Assembly (NCBI GenBank): GCA_030619825.1
Contig: JAUXAS010000022.1
Location: forward strand, 1 to 12,314
From: Hadesarchaea archaeon
Lineage (GTDB): Archaea > Hadarchaeota > Hadarchaeia > Hadarchaeales > Hadarchaeaceae
Length of the DNA stretch: 12,314 nt
Direction: 5' to 3'
Part shown: positions 5,417 through 12,314 of the stretch, piece after piece
Numbering within the stretch: the first letter of the stretch is position 1
How the letters are laid out: every line of letters begins with the position of its first letter
Program-made: the position numbers and the translations under genes
The notes under the pieces: generated by a model
Databases searched by the model: none
Told to the model about the DNA's origin: nothing
Seen by the model: the letters and a program-made list of their open reading frames with translations, nothing else

Positions 5417-8044
5417 ATGATGCGCATCCCCAAACTGATCGACCACGTGGACTTTGGCATGACGTCGCCCGACGAGATACGCAAAATATCGGTAACAAAA
5501 ATTGTCACCGCCGACACCTACGATGAGGACGGCTACCCAATAGAGAGGGGGCTCATGGACTCCCGACTAGGTGTGGTCGACCCAGGCCTGAGGTGCCGAA
5601 CCTGCGGCGCGCGGGCGGGCGATTGCCCAGGCCACTTCGGCCACGTCGAGCTGGCGCGCCCCGTCGCCCATGTGGGCTACATCGACGCCATCTACAACTG
5701 CATTCGCGCGACCTGCAGAAAATGTGGCAGGGTGCTGTTACAGGAGTCAAAACTTGAGGAATATCACAAGTGGATCACGGAGATGAAGGAGACCGGACAG
5801 AAATGGTGGGAGATGACAAACAAAATCGTCAAGAGCGCATCCACCACGGAGAAGTGTCCCCACTGCGGCGAAACGCAAGCCTCGCTGAAGTTTGAAAAAC
5901 CCACCTCATTTGTCGAGGGCAAAAACCGCCTCACACCCAGCGATGCGCGGGAGAGGCTCGAACGCATAACAAATGATGACATAATGCTGTTGGGTATAAA
6001 CCCGAAAGTCGCTAGGCCGGAGTGGATGGTTCTAACGGCTTTGCCCGTTTCTCCGGTGACCGTCAGACCGAGCATAACCCTCGAGTCTGGGGTACGATCT
6101 GAAGACGACCTCACTCACAAGCTAGTGGACATCATACGGATCAACCAACGCTTGAGTGAAAACATCGAAGCCGGTGCCCCCCACCTGATCGTCGAGGATC
6201 TCTGGGAGCTACTGCAGTATCACGTCACGACCTACTTTGACAACGGAGTTTCCGGTATCCCTCCGGCGCGGCACAGGTCAGGTCGCGTCCTGCGTACACT
6301 CGCACAGCGCCTGCGCGGGAAAGAAGGGCGTTTCCGGGGAAACCTCTCAGGCAAGCGTGTCGACTTCTCCGCACGCACGGTCATCTCCCCGGATCCGAAC
6401 ATCAGCATCAACGAGATAGGCGTGCCCGAATACATCGCGAGGATCCTGAGCGTGCCCATTCGCGCGACCGAACATGATATCGAGGGGCTCCGCAACCTCA
6501 TCCGCCGGGGACCCGACATTTACCCAGGCGCGAACTGCATGATAAGTCCCGATGGCAAGCGCTACGACTTGCGCTATGCCGACCGCGAGGAACTAGCGAA
6601 AACCATTGAGCCGGGATTCACCGTCGAGCGGCACCTGATGGATGGTGATATCGTGATGTTTAACCGCCAACCCTCCCTCCACCGCATGTCGATAATGGCC
6701 CACGAGGTTAGGGTCCTCCCCGGACGAACGTTCAGGCTTAACCTAAGCGTCTGCCCACCCTACAATGCCGACTTTGATGGCGATGAAATGAACGTGCACG
6801 CCCCCCAGCGCGAGGAGGCCCAAGCTGAAGCTCGCATCCTGATGAGAGTTCAAGAGCAAATCCTCTCGCCACGATTCGGGGGCCCAATCATAGGAGGCAT
6901 CCAGGACCACATAACGGGTGCATATTTGCTCACGCGTAAAGGTACGCTGCTGACGAGGGAACATAGCCAACAGCTCTTGGCGGCTGTGGGGATATTCACC
7001 GACTTGCCTAAACCAGCGGTCAAAGAAAAGGGCACCGAGCATTGGACCGGCAAGCAGATCTTCAGCATGCTCCTCCCCAAGGGGCTGAATTTGACGTTCA
7101 AGGCCAAGATATGTGAGAACCGCACCCGCTGCAAGAAAGAGGAGTGCGAGATCGGCGCATACGTGGTCATACGGGATGGTCAGCTGCTCCACGGGGTTAT
7201 GGACGCGCGGAGCCACAAAGCGCTTGACCGATGTGAAGTGTTGGACAGAATTGTCAAAGATTACGGCACGACCGCTGCTCGGGAATTTCTGGATCGCATT
7301 ACAAAGCTCTCGATAGCTGCCGCCGCCATGCTGGGATTCACAACGAGCATCGACGACGAAGATATTCCTCCCGAGGCGAAGGAGCGGATAAGCGAGGTGC
7401 TCGATAATGGGCGGGAAAAGGTGAATAAGCTGATCAAGATTTATGATGCTGGAGAACTCGAGCCATTTCCCGGGCGATCCCTTCGAGAAACGCTCGAGAT
7501 GCGCATAATGGAAGTGCTGGCGGGGGGCAGGGACAGAGCGGGGGAGATCGCCGAGAAATATCTGGGCCTTGACAATAATGCCGTTATCATGGCCAGGACC
7601 GGTGCGCGAGGCAGCATGCTCAACCTCACACAGATGGCGGCTTGCGTGGGGCAGCAGTCCGTCCGGGGCGAACGCCTGAGCCGAGGTTACAGGGGGCGCA
7701 CCCTCCTCCATTTCAAATCGGGGAACCTCGGTGCTGAAGCCCGCGGATTCGTAAGTTCCAGCTATAAAGACGGTCTCCGACCACTTGAGTTCTTCTTCCA
7801 CGTTATGGGTGGGAGGGAGGGCTTGGTCGACACCGCAGTTCGAACCGCGCAGAGCGGCTACATGCAGCGCCGCCTGATCAACGCCCTCCAAGACCTTCGT
7901 GTTGAGTACGATGGGACCGTACGCGACGATCGCGGTGCGGTGGTGCAGTTCGTGTACGGGGAAGATGGCGTTGACCCAACACACAGCGACAACGGAAAAG
8001 CTGTTAACGTTGAAAAAATAATCGAGCGAGTTGTGGGGGAATAG
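5417..8044 (+). CDS. rpoA1: DNA-directed RNA polymerase subunit A' (Rpo1N)
   Basis: Catalytic YNADFDGDEMN, Zn motifs CRTC..CPGHFGH and CRKC..CPHC, bridge helix GLVDTAVRTAQSGYMQRRL. SD GGTGA at 5407-5411 favours ATG 5417 or 5420 over GTG 5408. Confidence 0.97.
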   Translation: MMRIPKLIDHVDFGMTSPDEIRKISVTKIVTADTYDEDGYPIERGLMDSRLGVVDPGLRCRTCGARAGDCPGHFGHVELARPVAHVGYIDAIYNCIRATCRKCGRVLLQESKLEEYHKWITEMKETGQKWWEMTNKIVKSASTTEKCPHCGETQASLKFEKPTSFVEGKNRLTPSDARERLERITNDDIMLLGINPKVARPEWMVLTALPVSPVTVRPSITLESGVRSEDDLTHKLVDIIRINQRLSENIEAGAPHLIVEDLWELLQYHVTTYFDNGVSGIPPARHRSGRVLRTLAQRLRGKEGRFRGNLSGKRVDFSARTVISPDPNISINEIGVPEYIARILSVPIRATEHDIEGLRNLIRRGPDIYPGANCMISPDGKRYDLRYADREELAKTIEPGFTVERHLMDGDIVMFNRQPSLHRMSIMAHEVRVLPGRTFRLNLSVCPPYNADFDGDEMNVHAPQREEAQAEARILMRVQEQILSPRFGGPIIGGIQDHITGAYLLTRKGTLLTREHSQQLLAAVGIFTDLPKPAVKEKGTEHWTGKQIFSMLLPKGLNLTFKAKICENRTRCKKEECEIGAYVVIRDGQLLHGVMDARSHKALDRCEVLDRIVKDYGTTAAREFLDRITKLSIAAAAMLGFTTSIDDEDIPPEAKERISEVLDNGREKVNKLIKIYDAGELEPFPGRSLRETLEMRIMEVLAGGRDRAGEIAEKYLGLDNNAVIMARTGARGSMLNLTQMAACVGQQSVRGERLSRGYRGRTLLHFKSGNLGAEARGFVSSSYKDGLRPLEFFFHVMGGREGLVDTAVRTAQSGYMQRRLINALQDLRVEYDGTVRDDRGAVVQFVYGEDGVDPTHSDNGKAVNVEKIIERVVGE

Positions 8045-9514
<1,470 letters not shown>

Positions 9515-9518
<4 letters not shown>

Positions 9519-9943
9519 GCATCAAACTCGGGGCTGACGAAATGCGCTACATCGCCCTTTTCGAGGGTCTGACCATGGCGAAGGTTTACGATTGTATAAT
9601 CCACGAGAACGATACCAAGCTCACTTTCGTCGTGAAAGCAGGAGATATCGGCCTCGCCATAGGGAAGGGAGGAAATACGATTCAGAAGGCAAAACGAGTA
9701 ATCGGGAAAAGCGTTGAAATCGTTGAACACTCCGCGGATCCAGTAGAGTTCGTAAAAAATGCCCTAGCGCCCGCGAGGGTCAGGAGAGTCAACATTGTGG
9801 AACGTGAGGGCAAGAAAATCGCGTTTATAGATGTCGAGGAACAAGACCGGGGGATAGCCGTCGGCCGGGAGGGCAAGAGGATCCGATGCGCAAAGAAACT
9901 CGTCCTCCGCCACCACGGGATTCAAGATATCTCACTTGTATGA
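9515..9943 (+). CDS. nusA: Archaeal NusA (two KH domains)
   Basis: KH motifs GLAIGKGG and GIAVGREG, FVKNALAPA. ATGA overlap with the rpl30e stop; conserved synteny. Confidence 0.95.
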
Positions 9944-9984
9944 TTTTTTAGGTTTGAATGGAAATACTATTTTAGGTGGGTAAC

Positions 9985-10422
9985 GTGAGTAAAGGTTCTA
10001 GAGGGGAATTCGCGGCTCGAAAGCTGAGTTTCAGACGACAGCGGTTCCGATGGAAGAGCGCCGGGTACAAGCGGCGGATGCTCAAGCTAGACGAAAAAGC
10101 TGATCCCCTCGAAGGGTCTCCACAAGGCCGAGGGATCGTCCTCGAAAAGGTTGGGGTCGAAGCCAAACAACCAAACTCCGCGATTCGGAAATGCGTTCGC
10201 ATTCAGCTCATCAAGAATAGTCGCCAAGTCACCGCATTTACCCCGGGTGACGGTGCAATTGGATTCATCGACGAGCACGACGAGGTTACCATCGAGGGGA
10301 TAGGGGGTTCGAGGGGTGGTTCGTACGGTGATATCCCCGGCGTTCGCTACAAGGTAATCAAAGTGAACGATGTTTCACTAAATGAACTCGTGAAGGGGCG
10401 AAAGGAGAAGTCCACGCGGTGA
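9985..10422 (+). CDS. rps12: 30S ribosomal protein S12 (uS12)
   Basis: Motifs [25 protein letters not shown] and [18 protein letters not shown] at 9974-9979 favours GTG 9985 over 9976. Confidence 0.96.
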   Translation: MSKGSRGEFAARKLSFRRQRFRWKSAGYKRRMLKLDEKADPLEGSPQGRGIVLEKVGVEAKQPNSAIRKCVRIQLIKNSRQVTAFTPGDGAIGFIDEHDEVTIEGIGGSRGGSYGDIPGVRYKVIKVNDVSLNELVKGRKEKSTR

Positions 10423-10426
10423 TGGA

Positions 10427-11032
10427 ATGGCGTCCAAGTATTTCGACAAATGGTCAGTCGATGATATCGCAATAGAAGACCCAGGGCTGAAGCGGTACAT
10501 CTGGCTGGGGCCGAGCAGAGTTCTGCATGGCGGCGGAAGACATTCCCGTAAACAATTTGGAAAAGCTGGCGCGCCTATCGTCGAGCGGCTGATGAATAAG
10601 ATCATGCGTTCGGGGCCGGGCGTGAGGAAGCTTGGGGGCAGGGTGATCCGCAGCGCCAAAGCCTGTGGCAAGAAATACAAGGCGTATAACATCGTGCGCA
10701 AATCATTTGGGATTGTCGAGGAGCGGACGAAGAAAAATCCCATTCAAGTTTTGGTAGATGGCATACAGAATTCAGCCCCCCGCGAGGAGACGACCCGGAT
10801 AAGCTACGGGGGGATAAGTTACTATATCGCCGTCGATGCCGCTCCCCAGCGGAGGCTAGACACCGCGCTCAAGAACCTTGCGGCTGGCGCCTTTGCGGCC
10901 TCCTTTTCGAACAAGAAACCAATTGAGGAGTGTCTGGCCGAGGAGCTAATCATGGCAGCTGACAACGACACGAAGAGCTTCGCCGTGGCTCGCAGGGAAG
11001 AAAGCGAGCGGATAGCGAGGGGAGCAAGGTAG
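10427..11032 (+). CDS. rps7: 30S ribosomal protein S7 (uS7)
   Basis: Motifs PIVERLMNK, NPIQVLV..NSAPREE, AVDAAPQRR and ECLAEEL. SD GGTGA overlaps the rps12 stop. Confidence 0.97.
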   Translation: MASKYFDKWSVDDIAIEDPGLKRYIWLGPSRVLHGGGRHSRKQFGKAGAPIVERLMNKIMRSGPGVRKLGGRVIRSAKACGKKYKAYNIVRKSFGIVEERTKKNPIQVLVDGIQNSAPREETTRISYGGISYYIAVDAAPQRRLDTALKNLAAGAFAASFSNKKPIEECLAEELIMAADNDTKSFAVARREESERIARGAR

Positions 11033-11050
11033 CGCAAGCCTTTTTAAATG
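11033..11050 (+). promoter_or_regulatory. Putative internal BRE/TATA promoter for tuf; the T-run may also be a terminator for rps7
   Basis: CGCAAGCC-TTTTTAAATG lies about 40 nt before ATG 11090, followed by SD AGGAGGAGG. Confidence 0.55.
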
Positions 11051-11089
11051 TACGTGTGAAATGGAATTAGCTAAAAGGAGGAGGAAAGA

Positions 11090-12314
11090 ATGGCGAAACC
11101 GCACTTGAATCTCATAACGATCGGGCACGTGGATCACGGCAAGTCCACGTTGGTAGGTAGGATGTTCTACGATAAGGGTTTGGTGAAGGAGGCGGATATA
11201 AAGAAGTTCGAGGCGATGGGTGACAAGGGTAAGACCTTCAAGTTCGCCTGGATTATGGACGCCCTCAAGGAGGAGCGCGAGCGGGGACTTACCATCGACC
11301 TCGCACACAAGAGACTTGAAACTGCCAAGTACTACTTCATTGTCATCGACGCCCCCGGGCACCGGGACTTTGTGAAAAACATGATCACGGGTGCCAGCCA
11401 AGCTGATGCTGCGATACTCGTGGTCGCGGCGGATGACGGGATTATGCCCCAGACACGGGAGCATGCGGCGCTCGCTTTCACGTTGGGGGTGGGGCAGCTG
11501 GTAGTGGCGATCAACAAGATGGACCTCGTTGGATACAAGGAAGACGTGTTCAACAAGCTCAAGGCCGAAATAATCGACCTGCTGAAGACGGTCGGCTACA
11601 AGAACCCGGAAAAATTCACGTTTGTTCCAACCTCGGCGTTCCACGGGGACTCCGTGGTCAAGCCCAGCGAAAAGATGAAGTGGTACACTGGGCCGGTCAT
11701 ATATCCATCGTTGGATACCTTCACTGTGCCCAAGAAGCCAATCGACAAACCGCTCCGACTGCCCGTGCAGGATGTGTATTCGATCACCGGTGTGGGAACC
11801 GTGCCGGTGGGAAGGGTCGAAACGGGTGTGCTCAAGGTCGGTGAAACCATCGTCTTCGAGCCGGCCGGGGTGAGCGGAGAGGTCAAGACGATCGAGATGC
11901 ATCACGAGACGATACCCCAAGCCGAGCCTGGAGACAACATAGGCTTCAGCGTTCGCGGCATCGATAGGACCGCCATAAGGCGAGGCGACGTCGTGGGGCA
12001 CCCGAAAGCGCCGCCGACCGTGGTCAAGGAGTTCACCGCGCGAATCGCCGTCCTGCAGCACCCGACGGCATTAGCTGCCGGCTACACCCCAGTTTTCCAC
12101 GCCAACACGGCGCAGGTGGCGTGCACCATTTCGGAGATCATCCAGAAGCTCGACCCGAAGACCGGCGAAGTGGTCCAAGAGAAGCCGGAGTTCATAAAGA
12201 AGGGGGACATGGCGACGATCAAGGTGACGCCCACTAAGCCCATGGTGCTCGAGAAGGCGGGCGACCTCCCGCAGCTGAGCCGCTTCGCCGTGCGCGACAT
12301 GGGCATGACCATCG
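11090..12314 (+). CDS. tuf: Translation elongation factor EF-1alpha, 3'-truncated by the window end
   Basis: Manual translation from ATG 11090: [66 protein letters not shown]. Not in the ORF track, probably because there is no stop within the window. Confidence 0.98.
   Translation, partial: MAKPHLNLITIGHVDHGKSTLVGRMFYDKGLVKEADIKKFEAMGDKGKTFKFAWIMDALKEERERGLTIDLAHKRLETAKYYFIVIDAPGHRDFVKNMITGASQADAAILVVAADDGIMPQTREHAALAFTLGVGQLVVAINKMDLVGYKEDVFNKLKAEIIDLLKTVGYKNPEKFTFVPTSAFHGDSVVKPSEKMKWYTGPVIYPSLDTFTVPKKPIDKPLRLPVQDVYSITGVGTVPVGRVETGVLKVGETIVFEPAGVSGEVKTIEMHHETIPQAEPGDNIGFSVRGIDRTAIRRGDVVGHPKAPPTVVKEFTARIAVLQHPTALAAGYTPVFHANTAQVACTISEIIQKLDPKTGEVVQEKPEFIKKGDMATIKVTPTKPMVLEKAGDLPQLSRFAVRDMGMTI

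Noticed and set aside
7105..7150. RpoA' segment CENRTRCKKEEC, possibly missing one Cys ligand
   Set aside because: This region varies among archaea and cannot be judged without an alignment.
6743..7984. 413-aa minus-strand ORF
   Set aside because: Lies entirely antisense to rpoA1 with no recognisable motifs; a typical shadow ORF of a GC-rich coding strand.
10946..12061. 371-aa minus-strand ORF
   Set aside because: Antisense shadow of tuf; the real gene is on the + strand.

Overview
Archaeal core-genome window with every supported gene on the + strand. It opens with a 5'-truncated DUF763-family gene, followed by a stable-RNA cluster: tRNA-Tyr(GUA) with two introns (37/38 and the non-canonical T-loop site 59/60), a stand-alone 5S rRNA, tRNA-Asp(GUC) with a non-canonical D-loop intron (21/22), a 36-aa Lys/Arg-rich micro-ORF missing from the ORF track (eL41/eS32-like candidate), and an intron-less tRNA-Lys(UUU). 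Next is the conserved transcription-translation cluster rpoH-rpoB (unsplit)-rpoA1-rpoA2-rpl30e-nusA-rps12-rps7-tuf (EF-1alpha, truncated by the window end), with no EF-2 gene between rps7 and tuf. The most notable points are three tRNA introns with relaxed BHB motifs, four RNA polymerase genes in one continuous reading frame broken only by TAG codons, the unannotated basic microprotein, and a probable tRNA-Lys-rpo co-transcript. No mobile elements, CRISPR arrays or inteins were seen. The lineage cannot be fixed from the sequence; the unsplit RpoB and an EF-1alpha N-terminus resembling that of Thermococcales suggest a deep-branching euryarchaeote-like organism such as Hadarchaeota (inference only).
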